A stretch of DNA of 56,391 bases, the filler included, from Platydemus manokwari (lineage: Eukaryota), in NCBI GenBank assembly GCA_037951405.1. It is 5 parts of 5 records of this genome, joined end to end, with 100 filler letters (N's around TTAATTAATTAA, not from the genome) between each part and the next. Parts side by side here need not be neighbours in the genome. Positions count along the whole stretch, not along the records: positions 1 to 13,308 come from JBBMOY011764728.1; 4 more parts are not named here. One strand, 5' to 3'. Position numbers and translations under genes: made by a program. Every line of letters starts with the position of its first letter. The first letter of the stretch is position 1. Under the pieces are notes generated by a model. It saw only the letters and a program-made list of their open reading frames with translations, was not told the DNA's origin and made no database searches. Below, piece after piece: positions 1 through 13,408 of this stretch.

Positions 1-29
1 ATGGACTGTGAAGAAAATGGAATGGAATG

Positions 30-165
30 TATATATGTATGTCTGCCTGCCTGCCAGTCTCCATCTCTTTCTCTGTCTGTCTGTCAGTCAGTAGGTCGGT
101 CGGTCGGTCCCTCCCTCCCTTCTTTCCTTCCTCCCTCCTTCCCTCTTTCTCTCTCTCTCTCTTTC
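30..165. repeat. Low-complexity simple repeats (CTGT/GGTC/CCTT/CT)
   Basis: Runs such as ctgtctgtctgt, ggtcggtcggtcgg, cttcctccctccttccc and (ct)n; these explain spurious ORFs 1..216 and 27..275. Confidence 0.85.
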
Positions 166-414
166 TCCATTTGGGATTGTGGTCATGTTGTGTCTTTTCG
201 CGCACAGCTAGAGTGAACTATCTAGTTCTCAGTAGGTCCTCCATGGTGTCCAATATGGTTTTTTTTTGCCACTGATTTACCAGTCCATCTTTTTAATATT
301 AGTACATCTCCTAATACATTTTAGTCATTTATTGGCTGAATGTTAAAGCATACATTCTCTATATTTTCCATTGGAAGATCATACAGGTTCTAACCGATTT
401 CTCCAATGAGCTTT

Positions 415-640
415 AACAACCATATTTATATTCAGTAATTTCTTCTAAAGACTGAAACTCATACCAGATGTCTTAGGTCACTATTTCCTTCTATGTTGTC
501 TTCAATGCATATTTCATGTTTTACAAATTGATTTCTAGGCACCATCGTCAATTTCACAACCAATTATATGACCTTGACCTGCCTTTCTATTATTTATTAA
601 ATGTAAAGGGAAAATATTATCCTTGGATGACTCACAATGG
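415..640 (-). mobile_element. Decayed LINE reverse-transcriptase fragment
   Basis: Minus-strand translation gives *VIQG*..FP..FN (GVxQG..SPxLFN-like), RWCLEINL*NMKY (W.L.IN..KTK-like) and LEEITEYKY (EEVxxYKYLG-like) in RT motif order, with stops and the YADD region missing. Confidence 0.45.
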
Positions 641-3600
641 ATCATTGTGTTTTTGTCACAACACCAAATTTATTTAACATTCAATATATTTCATCAAATT
701 CTTTAAATTACTTTAAAATTAATTTCAATCCAACACACACTTAATAATTTTGAATATCTCCAAGCGATACTCGATATATTGGGATTCATTAGATTACTTT
801 TATACGGTTCGTTTCACTCTGAGTTTTCACAGAATACAATTCAAATTTGCACATCGATTTTGTACTCATATGAGCTTTATGATACAATTTTTTGAAGAGT
901 TCGTCCATATTAACACTTTTAAGAAAATGTGAAACAACAGAAACAACAAATAATAATAATTCATACTTTCCCAGTTCTGGCTCTTTGGTCAGTCCAATAA
1001 CAAAAGCCAACATTTTTGACTGACACACAAAAATCAATAACAATAAGACCTATAATGAAATCTTAACAAATTCTGGACAGAAGATAACGGTTGATAAACT
1101 TCAAGCTCTTGGAGAAAATATATCAAGATGTGTTGAGACACAGCTGAATAGTAAGAAATAAAAACGATGTATAGTAATGGTCGGTAATTTAAGAAACTAG
1201 ACGCTTACTTAATCTTTGAAGGCTTGGCAAATGTCTGACGATCATCGAGCAAATTGACAAAATTCTTCCTATAGTTTTTTAAACAGGAGGCCTTCGGACT
1301 TCTCCTTTGTCCTATTTAAATTTATCTATCGAAACTGAGCGTTTGAGCTTTTGAATGCCTCATTATTAATCTTATTCATCAGTAATTTCTTAATATTCAG
1401 AAATTTTTCATTGTCATTTTGTTACATAAGATTTTCCTATTTTTATTGCAGAAATTATTATAATTATTATTATCTTCCGAAATTAATAATTGTTATTAGT
1501 TTCTGCAATACTAATTATTAAATTTTATCTTAAAATTCACTGAAAATTATGTTACCAAGAAAAATTAATCAATTTATTAAGGAGCTTATCTTTATTTAAC
1601 TTTTAAACTAAAATATCATGTTACCCAAATATGGTATAAGGTTTCTTCAATTTAATCATTTATGCCATTCATTCAATCGCATCTGCACGAATAAGTGACT
1701 TGTCAGGATTTTAAAAAATTTTTACGTTGAACGAAACTATAAAACATAATTGTTTTTAATAAAAAAAATAGATTTTATGCGATTATATATTGATACGATT
1801 ATACATTGGTAATTGATACAATCATATGGTCAAGATCGATACAATTATACACTGCGAATTGTTAATATGTTTTATCAATTACCATGTATGAACAAAACAG
1901 ATAGATCCCAACAAATTTACGGAATAAAATCAAAATGAGCACCCTACCCTTGACAACTTATTTCATATTAGTTGGTCACAGATTTGTCTAAGTTTTCTTT
2001 TAATGAAGAAAATTGCGGGAAATTTGAGAGTATATCGAAAAAATTTTCTTCATCTTTAGAAAAACTAAATCAAATTTTGTCTGTGATCTGCTTTTATTTT
2101 GAAAATTATTGCAAATTTTCTTTATATTTGAAAAAAAACTCAAAACATTTAGTACACATTTTTTGTAAAATGACTCTCAATGCTCTATGTTTGGACATCA
2201 CAGACTGATTTAAGATGAATTTACCCAAAAGTCTGGAAAATCAATTAAAATACTTACTAGCAGAAGAATTTATAATTATCCCAAGAAGTAAAATCATTTT
2301 TTCAGTAAAAATCACATCAAAATTGTTCATAGAAAATTAAAAAATATTTTAATTCTCTCGGATTTCAAATCGCTTACTACTCACCATTGTTCTCTTCTAG
2401 TAAATTATAGGCTATGAAACTTTTAGTATAACGCAAAGTAGTTATAGCATCATCATAGTATATATAAAATAATTTAAAACCGTGGCTGACAACATGCGAT
2501 CTTTCTACAAATATTGAATCTCTTTAAGGATGGGATGCCGTTGTAGACGAGGTAGTATAAATTAAATCATAAATCAATCTGTATTTAATAATGGTTTACT
2601 TATGTTCTTGTTTTCATTAGATAATGAACCAATTATTACAGTAAACAAAATTACTTACGACGTCCTTTTTACCGTTCTAATTGTACAAATTTATACGTTT
2701 TCAAAAACGCACTTCAAGTACGATTTAAAAAGTTCGCAATAAATATTCCAAAAATATTTAAATTTAATGTAAAATAAAATAATTTTAAATCGAGATAATT
2801 ACAACGACAAGCAAAAGTGTTAAACTATGAAAAATTGTTTTTTGTTTAATTAAGTAAATCCAAGGTCACGATAAAGAAAAACAGAAAATTAAAAATAATA
2901 ACACGTCGTCTAAAAATAAAAATAATGATAACAAGCTTTATAAAAAGTTAACAGATTCTAAATATAGAAACGGAACTTGATAACAATACAAATGCAATGC
3001 GCATTTTCTCGAATACATTTTTCTTTCAATAAATTTTCTTACATGCTTATGGAGAGACTTCTACAATGAGTTGTATTAAATTCATCTGTTCGATTGTATC
3101 AATCACTGATTCTATATATTTGGTTTCGATATAATGGATTTTATGTAACAATTAAAACGTGAAATGATGAGTTCTTGTTACAATCGTGCAGTCTCAATTA
3201 TCAAAAAAAGATTTGCCTATTTACTCGACAGAATACTTTGATAAAATACAGTACGTTCATAAAGTGTAAAAAATTGTTTTTTGAATCGATAGTCAAAATG
3301 AACTCATGAATGTTTATATAATCGCTTATCCACACAATGCGGTTACGTAATAACTGATTGTTGCGGGGTTCTCAACGCGTGGGATTCTACTGACGCTAAG
3401 AATTATTTGTTATTTTCATAGCACTGAAATTTGTTGATTTTGACAATAAAGTAAAAAAAAATATTTATCAACACAGTTAGTTTAATTACAATGTCAATTC
3501 CATTTAGTGCACCCAAGGCATTTTAGAAATTTGGTAGGTGTCACGTAGAAAACACGTGTATCATATATGACTTTACTTGCTTATGTTTCACTTGCTTTTA

Positions 3601-5827
3601 TAGAGTTAGATTTTTAAGTTATTACTCTACAGAATATTAGTAGAGCAACTTAAAGCATTTCTTATCATTATGTCTTTAATTTTGCCAGAAAAAAGTTTTG
3701 AGTAATTGATAGAATTTTTGGTTTAAACTCCACTCTCGCTACAATCAATAACAGTGGTATATCTCTACAAAGTATAGCTCTTACATCAACATATGCAGTG
3801 CTTTCAATCATGCTCTAAATTTGTCTTGTATTTTCGATATACTCATTCTAGTTTTCATACTGCATCTAGTTCATATCACGTCTGGTTTTTTCCAGGTTAA
3901 ACACCTTTTATTGCACACAAATATTAAGGATTAAAAACTTTTTAAGTGCTAATATTTATTTAATTTTTATCTTTGATATACTATATTTTCCCATTGTAAT
4001 TTCATCAAACATTATACATTATTATTATTGTTTTTTAATTCTGAAATGCTACTAATAGAATGGCATCTATTTCTATAGTTATTTTTGGACATTATCTGAA
4101 TTATCTTATTTTATTATGAGGGATAACCTTTTATCACCTTTTATTAATGATTATATTTTTAAATTCCGAGAAATAATTTTATAAACAATTCTGCTTTCTT
4201 AAATTATTATAATTTGAAAGATGTGCATGAATTCATATATACATAACATATTCCTGCTTTTTATATTTAATATAATTTCTTTTTGTCTTTCCTTTCTTTG
4301 AGCGCAACTTAATCAAAACGTTCTTTTAATTAGATTTTTTAATAAATATTTATTACTAGTAAATTTTGAGTCTTGATTATTAATTGATGCCAAAAAATAA
4401 AGACGTATAACAAATACATATTGAGATGTATATAGAACAAAGATGGGTAGACTTTGAATAGAAATTGCTACAGATACATATTAGATATTTACAAATAGTC
4501 ATTCACAAAATAAATCTCATTCCTAAAACCAGTCAACTGTCCATATCAGTGACGCCTCTGCTCTCAGAATTGATTTGTATTGGCGTACTATGTATTATTG
4601 GCGTTCTTGGAATCCCAATGTTGAAATAATTCTTATTTTAAAGACTTTCTTTCGTCCAGTATAATTGTCGAATCTCCAAGTAATTTGGTGATGCTGCTCA
4701 ACTCGTAATAGAAAGTGACTAGACTCTTTTTCGTAATACGCTTTATCTTATTCTGATCCTGACACCAATGAGTAAGAAACTTATAAAGAAAAAACTTGAT
4801 GAAATTTTCGAAATATTATTCACCGAATTGTTTTTCCTTAAATGGATTTCAAGAAAACATTTTAAATTAGTTCTTTCCGCAAATACGATGAGTAAATTTT
4901 TTAATTTAACAAAATCTTCCGATTATTTTTAATTTAAAACCCTAAATTTTATCTCAAATGAAATATACTTTAATTTCTTCTAATATATTTTATTGCCCTT
5001 GTTAATTTCTTATTATTTTTTATATTTTATTATATTATTTTTCATATTATTCAGATTTAAAAGTACATATTCGATTCCATGTTTCCGATTATGAAATACG
5101 ACGAACATTTATTTTTATACACTTTCAATCAATTAAATAAGTTTCTATTCTATCTTTTACAACCGATATACTCTGATAACATATTATTTTCAAAATTTTT
5201 TGTTAGTTTTCGTTATTTACCTTAATTTGAAATCTTTTTGAAAAATATGTACTTAATCGATTTGCTATTTTTGAGTTTTAAAAGATTTTATTAAATTAAT
5301 TACTTAAAACCTTTCCTTTTTATCTTAACTTTTTAAGTAAAAACTCAAAGTAGCTTTTATAGGAGTACTCTAACTTGTTAGCATATTTCTGCTGCAGTAA
5401 TACTTTCGGCAATACAGTACTTAGATTTACTTTATAACCAGTATTAGTAGATTTTAAAATAAAGTTTAGAAATAAACCGTAGCATCGCCAGTTATATTAC
5501 TAACATCTTCTAAAAATAACTATTGGATTTTATTAATACAGCTGGTACTCAAGAAAAATTTGATTTCATGAACTAGTTTTTTTCTTGAACAATTCTTTTC
5601 ACAAATTATTTATTTACAAATAAAATTCTTTTTCTAAAAACTAAGATCAATATGCTATTTACAAATAATTAAAAATATTTAAGTAAATTTAAATTTAAAA
5701 CCTTGAAAAACCAATAATACTAATAAATATTGTTTAAATGATAAACACGTATTTTACTTAAACTGTAATATTTAAAAGAGACGCCAACTCAAATTTATAT
5801 TAATTGGTTTGTCTTTCACAAATTGAA

Positions 5828-6079
5828 ATGGTTGATTTAAAAAATCCAAAAGGACCTTTTCAAGAAGGAATTAATAACGCAATTTTTATTATTCCATGTA
5901 TTGTGATAGGAGTTATTCTTACATTTATTGTTTACAAATTATATAGAAATCTTAAAGACAAAGTTGTTGCTAAAGAAACTAAGAAACGGAATAAACAAAT
6001 GCGCAAAGAAAAAGATAGCAAGAAAGGAAAATATTGTACATCTTTCAAGTATTTTCGTAATTTTTATTTAATTTATTAA
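5828..6079 (+). CDS. Small single-pass membrane protein with Lys/Arg-rich tail (uncharacterised microprotein)
   Basis: ATG at 5828 in aaaATGg context; MVDLKNPKGPFQEGINN, hydrophobic AIFIIPCIVIGVILTFIVY, then charged helix KLYRNLKDKVVAKETKKRNKQMRKEKDSKKGK; AATAAA signals at about 6170-6180 and 6226. Confidence 0.65.
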   Translation: MVDLKNPKGPFQEGINNAIFIIPCIVIGVILTFIVYKLYRNLKDKVVAKETKKRNKQMRKEKDSKKGKYCTSFKYFRNFYLIY

Positions 6080-9000
6080 TTTGTATTACTTTTAAGGTTG
6101 TGCATTTTGTCCCATCTATATTTATTTTTCTTTTTGTTATGTGTTCATTTTGTTTGGAATATACTATAAAATAAAATAATCGACTTTTGTATATATTGTT
6201 TAATTATAATACGAAGATTTTGTGAAATAAAATGTTTATTGAGCTTTATTTTACATGAAATTACATTGTAATTATTAAAATATATAATTTATTCGAGTTA
6301 TTATTTTAACTTGGAAGTATATTTTAGATAAAAATTTTTAAGAAAAATGTGATTTAAAGATAAGTATTAATTAACATTGTTTTATTTGAAATGGTAATTA
6401 CTAGTATATTAATTAATTTAAATTTGATTTTCCTAAAAACAATTACGATTGGTAATTTCGATATACAACACTCGTTTGTATCAAAGTTAATTTGTAATGA
6501 GACATACTCTTAAAATTTTACAAATTCGATTTTATGGTATTTTCATGAGTACACAAATCAATTTTAATGATTATTGTCCTATTACAGTACAACAAAGGAA
6601 CATAATGACATTAATCAAACACTACGACAATGCGACCAATCGCAATGCTATATAATTGTGACGTTTGTTATGCACGCATACTTGAGTCAATCGCACACAC
6701 GCGTTTCATAAAATTTTGTATCTATCAACTGTATTTTATTCCATGATTTAGTTTGAATACCGTGTGTAAAACACATAATTGTCTGAAATAATTTTGATGT
6801 GGCAAATGTTATTAGATTTGACCAATCTCGGTTGTGTCGGATTCAATAGTGAATAAACTTTTCCGGTTTTATATAATTCTACCAGGCTCAAGAAAAGTTC
6901 CAGAAGCGTTTGGAGGTCAGTCGGAATTAAATGTCACAAGTGGTTAATATTATATTTATAATAATGACCGCAGAGTGCACCCACCAGTAATATCTGGTCA
7001 TAGTGGTATATATTAAGCTGTTGGCCTTTGCTTAAGATTTTATTGTTTATGAGATTCCATAAAAACAAAAATAATTCCGGCTGTTTTTGCTATATTGGAT
7101 TTCCAGCCATTAACTAAAGTGTAACGAAGTGTATTGCTTCGAGGCAACTAAATAAAGTCTGGAAATGTTTACTAGTTTGAAGACTATTAGAAAACAATGA
7201 AACATTAAAATTCTAAGAATTATTAGCTATGGAATATGAACATATAATAATTAAGGTCTATTAAAGATTAAAACTTATGGAGACACTTGTTTGATTCTAA
7301 TCAAATCAAATCGACTAAAATCACAGGGCTGGCTTTATTTGAATAGACGACCAATAAAAATTGCGATTTTAGTTCCCAACTTAATCTGATATTTTCGAAA
7401 AATACGGTATTCGATTATAACATATAATATCTAAAATATAAATAACCCCTGATTAATAATTTCCTGAAAAATAAACAGTAATAATAAAATTAATTTGATT
7501 CCCTGAAAATTATTAATCAACACAAATTTGATTTACAATGTTCAAGATATACAATGTATCATTGCTTCCGATTATGCCTTTCAGGTAAAGGATTCGAGTA
7601 TGCCAAACTAGGTGGGGAGACACTTATGGAAAAAATGAAATAAGGAGATATATTAATTGAGAATCTTATCTATTTAGAATAACCACACTGCTATAGAAAT
7701 AGAAATGTTCGTGTATTATTTCATAATTGAAGTTTTAATTTTCTTCGGAAAATATAATTGAATTCTCCACCAGAGGAAATATTTGATAAGTAACAATAAT
7801 GCTTGGCTTCTGACAACGTAACTTTTGAGAATTTCGTAATCGTAAATTTTGATTGTAATATTAAGTGCAAATAGTGGGTGTCGGTGCTTGCTAATTTTCA
7901 TTTCCCTGCGTGTGTTTATTTTCTGCTCCATGTTGCAGTTTTTAGTAGCCTACCCTTTGTTTAGTATCTTGGGCTATTGTTTTTTGTGTGTTTCTGGTGT
8001 ATTAGTTACCATTATTATTCATAGTAGTTGTTTTTGTTGTTGTTATGTTCAAGTCAACAGCACGAGTTCTTCAATATTAAATGATTTCACAGATCGATTA
8101 TGTAACAAAGGAAAAAATTAACTGAAATCAAATTTAACTCTAACTAAATTTTTATTAAACAAATGGGTTAAATGATCTCACCGACAACGTGAGACCTTAT
8201 TGTTAGGTCCTATGAAAGTTATATAGATTTCATTATATTGAATCCAAAGGTGAGATCATTCAGAATAGGAAGAATTTAGATTATCTATGATTATTATAAT
8301 TCTTAAGTTTATAACTATTCTAACTTAACGGCTCGTTCTTATTATACTAATCTGACTTCTTTTCAAAATCCGGTGCACACTAACCAAAAACAACAATCTG
8401 ATTAAGTTACTGTGACAATATGCCTCCATATACATTTGTATCTTATTATTATAATCACTAAATTGATAGTCATGAATTATAATTGTTTGTCTATTTATCA
8501 TTATGGAAAATACAACATTGGGTATGGACTCCACAATTAGCGGATTTACGTTTCGATCGCTTGTACTGTGAAATATTTAGAAATTGGATCGAAAATTATG
8601 AAAGACGGCGTATGTAAATAAATTTTCTTTTTAACATGAGTAACTTTTCATCAAAATCAATTCATTTTAATATTTGTTTTACTTAATCAATGAAACAGAG
8701 AAATATTATCTCATACTAGATACAATAATTAATTAAAAAAAGATTAAGTTAACTTGTCGAGAGACGCAAATACTTAGACAATTCAAGATGAATGGAACAT
8801 CGATTTTGGTTGAATCCAGTTTATGAACAATAATTTCACTATCGATCAACAGATGCAACAACAATTTTTGGATCACTAACTAACATTGGAATTTCCTCTA
8901 TATATTGTAGTAAAGATTTTCCGTTCGTTCAAGTGATTTCATTCTTTATCATTAGAATTATTCAAATTAATTAAAAATTTAGCTTTTTCTTCAATAAGTT

Positions 9001-9967
9001 TAATGTCGCTAATACCAATGACTGCCTACATATTTATACTCTATTTCCAATGGCAAATTTTGATTGGTTTTGGATTATTTTCTTAGCTTTTCCGATTAGT
9101 AAAAGTAATGGTGTTCATTTTCAAGCTTGGTTTATCTATTTATTATTGACCTTGTATTGTGATAATATTATTGATTTTCTCGTGATAGATTTTCTTTTCT
9201 CATATGTAGTGAAAACATTTTATACCAATAAATAAAAAAATATACAAAAAAGTGGGTATTAACAGATACTTTATCAAGGGCATGAGGAAATCATTTATCT
9301 TCTACGGGATTATGAAATCTTGGCACTATATTTCGTTATTATTGTGTCCCGGTAGTATCATGTCGCAAGTGCGTCTGTTGTTCGTCCGTTCTTACATATG
9401 GCTTGATGAGTTAATCGTAGAAATTCTCTATATTCACTTATTTAATAATTTGCATATATATATCTTTCAAGCCAGAACTTATAATAGCAGAGAGAAATTC
9501 TCCATGGTCAAATTTAATAGCTCTTTCAAATTGTCCTCAAACAGTTCTCAAACTTCAGCAAAACCTTCAAAGTAAATGAACGTTAATGAAAATCTCTGTT
9601 TATAAATTATAGTGGGTTAGATATAAAGAAGATATAAAGAAGATTTAGAGAAGATGTAAAACAAATAGAAGAACTAGAGTTTTTTAGGTAGATAAATATG
9701 TGAGCATTCGATACAATGCCAATTAAGAATACAAAGAAAATCAAAAGAGCAATTTAAATTGAATTAAAATTTTTAAAGACTTAGTTTTTTATAAAATTTT
9801 ATTTTATGTACAACTTAATTCGGTTAAAAATTATTTTTACTTTGCGGCTTAAAAATTCAATATTTTTATGAATTCCACAGTTTATTGATTAAGAATCATG
9901 TTTAGAATTTCACATATTAGTTTCGGATTATAAGATATGAAATTTGAAGACATCAGAAATAATCATT

Positions 9968-10415
9968 CAACATTTACAAGTTAAGACATTATCGTGAATG
10001 AGATTATAAAATAAAAATAAAAATATTTTTAATATAGAATTTTTATTAATAATGCAATTCACCAATTAATTCTTGTTTAAATAATTCGGTTAAATATACT
10101 TTGTGTTGTTATGATTTAATTCGTTTCCAAAGCATGCTTTATTTACAGTGAGTGATAAAATATTTTCAAGATTAAATATATTTTGAAATTTAAAGAATCT
10201 TAACTAACCATGCATCATTTACAATATAAGCAGTTATCGTGAGTGAGAATCTAAAATTAACATAAAAAGATTTTTAATTACAATTATTATTAAAAAAATG
10301 TAAATTATCATTTTATTTTTGTTTAAATAGTTTGGTTAAATATACTTTGTACTGTGGTGTTTCAATTCCTTTTCAAAGCGCGATTATAATAAAATTATAT
10401 TTTCAAAATCAAATA
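9968..10415. repeat. Diverged tandem duplication, period about 245 bp
   Basis: catttacaa..ttatcgtga.tgaga..taaaat...tgtttaaata.tt.ggttaaatatactttgt...aaagc appears from about 9970 and again from about 10216. Confidence 0.75.
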
Positions 10416-11954
10416 TAATTAAACAGTTTTCAGAACTGGAAAAAGTTGCGGCTAACTAATCGAATTTGTTTTTATTCTACATTAATATATACCGTGACAA
10501 TATGGATGTAGACAAAACTCATGAATTCTAACATGTAATTGTCAATGTATGCATTCACTTTATGGAGACAGAAAAATAGATCATGCATATAATTTATAAT
10601 GAATATTTTCATTCGACTTTTATAATTATTTGAAACATTATCACGTACTTTCTCCCGGAAAGCAGATTGCTATAAATAGAAATTTTAGCTTCATCAATCG
10701 AATGAGTAGCTTTTAGAACACAATGCTCAAAGTTATCGTTTATGCAGGACCTGCTGAAAAATATTTTTACATTAAAAATTCTGACTTAACTTCAAAAATA
10801 CTTAACCTAACACATTTTGAACTAAGTTTGTTGTTTCGTTAAAATAATATTATTAGTGAAAATATATATGTTGGATCTGCCGTATGTAGAGCACAACTAC
10901 TCGATTATTTATCTCGAAATTGCAAACAATTTTATTATAAGAAGGAATATTAACGTACCTGTCCTTCGACTCTGTAGAATTATCTTCGTATTGAAGAAAC
11001 ATCTCCTTTGCAAAGCACTCTTTCCTTCCTATATATCTCAGCTGTCTTCAATTTCTCATTCTGATGAAGGACAGATTATAGTATATTTGAGATTAACGTT
11101 AAACCTTGTTGAAATAAATTTGTTTGACAAACTTGTGATTGAATTTTTTTGTCATAAACAAACTGAGTAAACAGTTTATATAGTTTCCAAGCTCTAGGTA
11201 TATCTCACATGCCATTCGAAGTACTCCAACAATAATAATATCGGCGCTTTTATTTGTCTTTCTTGGTTTTTATGTTTAAAAATTATATCAATTTCATTTT
11301 TCAGACGATGTGCTATTTTTAGTAACAACTATTTCTATTTTAAAATTTGCTTATTTTAAGTTATTCTTAGCGATTAATTAATCGTTGGGAGTTACGATTT
11401 GTTTTTCTTATTTTAATTTATTATTCTTATCTTTAATGATGTCATATTTCCAACAGATTTATACACCACCTAGATCTCTCAGTCATAAAAGTGATGAAAT
11501 GGTGAATATGATCTACTTACTTGAAATACGTGCGTTACGGACCTTCCAAGTTATATTAGATAATATGCTTGATATTTATATCCAATTTACAGTTTGATAC
11601 GACTCTAAGGTTGATTCATCAAATATCATCAGGTCTTGGGTATTAAGCTCCGATTTAAAACTTATCTAACAAATATATTTTTCTGATAATATTTACAAAT
11701 ACCATCAGCAATAGTAACAATTTATGAACTTATTTTTGTAAAAAATTAATTAAATTCAGACAATATTTTCATTCAATAACCAAGTTTTTTGACAATTATT
11801 TTTAATCGAGACTATAAACGACTTGTAAAAGAATCTTCTACATTTTTAAAGCTGCTTATTTAATAATCACAAAATCTTATTTTCTGGGTCGATAAATTGG
11901 AATCTTTATTCACGAAACACGCATTCAATATTTCGATATTGGCATATGAAATCA

Positions 11955-12345
11955 AAACCTTAGATAAGCATGCATTACAATTGTAAATCGTATTTAAATC
12001 AACGAGCCTTAAATTTGTATTCAGCATCCAATGAACTTATTTAAACATTGGACAAAAATTATCATTGAAATACTTTGTGAAGAATCTTGGTTTATTTTAC
12101 GAAGTACAATCTACGAAGAGTTTATTTTGTTACGGAACTTGATATTGTGGTAATTTTATTTCATTCCAAATTATATACAATTCCAAAAACAATGATCACT
12201 AAATTTATTTTTTCATTTGAACTCACAACCATTTCTATGGTTGTGCAGTTCCATTAAATAGATAGTCGATTCATCACTAATTTCCATATCTTCCTTTTTT
12301 TCCACAAGGGTTTCTCGTTACTTAGTTACATTCATTCGAAACCGT
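11955..12345 (-). mobile_element. Highly decayed Tc1/mariner-superfamily transposase relic
   Basis: Minus strand gives ISDESTIYL (FSDES..F-like first catalytic D) at about 12255-12285 and LVDLNTIYNCNACLSK (SPDLNPIEN.W..LK-like) at about 11960-12005, in the expected order; many stops and frameshifts. Confidence 0.3.
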
Positions 12346-13185
12346 CTCAATCTAAAATTTGTATCATCTATAACAGTAGCTGTGTGGCTATCCAATTTAT
12401 GCATCCGAATTTTTTCGTGATCCCTAGTGGCTACAATAAAAATAATAAAGTAAATTTTTTTAATAAAAATTGTTTTTGATAACAAAAAATTAAAATATAT
12501 TTAATAATAATAACAATTTTGCATATTATGGCATATGACATCAAATCTTCAATCTATTTCGGTGATGGCTGGTCTCAGTACTAATTCCAGATCTCCAAGA
12601 TTTGATCGATATTTTTTTAATACAAGTCTGTCGAAAATAAAACTTTTCGCTCCCTCTTTTTGAAGAACACTGACCTATAGCAATATAAAATCATTTGATG
12701 CCTCACCAACATTATTGATAGATGATTTTTATTCAGGCATCAGCTTATATTAAATCCATTTTTAATTATTTTTCAGGAAATTTTGGATTTTAAACTCTGC
12801 CTATTCATACTTTAAATATTGCTGATATTATAACGAATATGATCCATTTCTGAGAACCTATCATGAATCGCAACATGCATTATACTTGTATCTTAATGTT
12901 AGTTTCACTGTATTTATTCTATCTCTTGTATCGATATTATTAAACTTCAAAATCTCTTATAAAACCCCAGAGATAATGTTTCAATTTTAATGATATATTA
13001 ATGTAACAATCAATTGGCTATCTAGATTTAATAATAGTGTTGCGGGATTGCATGATGCTGATTGAAATTGATAGAAAAAATTAAATTTTATTCTCACGAA
13101 ACAAAATTCGACCCATTTTTGGAATAAGTTTGAAAATAAGAGAGTAGAATTTGGGTTAATTTTAGAGATAATCTTGGAAAGGTTT

Positions 13186-13216
13186 ATGCACTTGTTGGGG
13201 TTCTGGCCCAACTAGT
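13186..13216 (+). mobile_element. Putative Helitron-like 3' terminus (hairpin + CTAG), dispersed repeat
   Basis: atgcacttGTTGGG-gttctgg-CCCAACtagt; a reverse-complement near-copy lies at 14646-14672 and a looser copy at about 16378-16403. Confidence 0.4.
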
Positions 13217-13308
13217 TGATTAAAACAATTAATTTACATTGAAAAATGTGTGCATGACAATACGTATCAAATGTGTATTAATTTTTACTGTATTAATTTT
13301 TATTTTTA

Positions 13309-13408
13309 NNNNNNNNNNNNNNNNNNNNNNNNNNNNNNNNNNNNNNNNNNNNTTAATTAATTAANNNNNNNNNNNNNNNNNNNNNNNNNNNNNNNNNNNN
13401 NNNNNNNN
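13309..13408. other. Artificial contig linker (44 N + TTAATTAATTAA + 44 N)
   Basis: Exactly 100 nt; the core has stops in all six frames; identical at four positions. Confidence 0.97.

Noticed and set aside
789-1043. ORF with LFKKLYHKAHMSTKSM, resembling an integrase zinc-binding region
   Set aside because: Single weak motif with no supporting CxxC or DDE core.
2533-2552. gccgttgtagacgagg resembling the start of a planarian spliced leader
   Set aside because: Short imperfect match; no terminal ATG/GT donor or Sm site.
3362-3560. ggggttctcaacgcgtggg resembling a hAT-Charlie MITE end
   Set aside because: No convincing partner TIR or 8-bp TSD.
4535-4930. Minus-strand coding-like stretch divergent from the microprotein
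   Set aside because: In-frame stops, no start or splice structure, no recognisable domain.
8325-8570. Possible Merlin/ISXO2 transposase relic (DR...PLI...TIIIHD.QF..Y)
   Set aside because: Too degenerate; the VNHS and HTxxIE motifs are absent.
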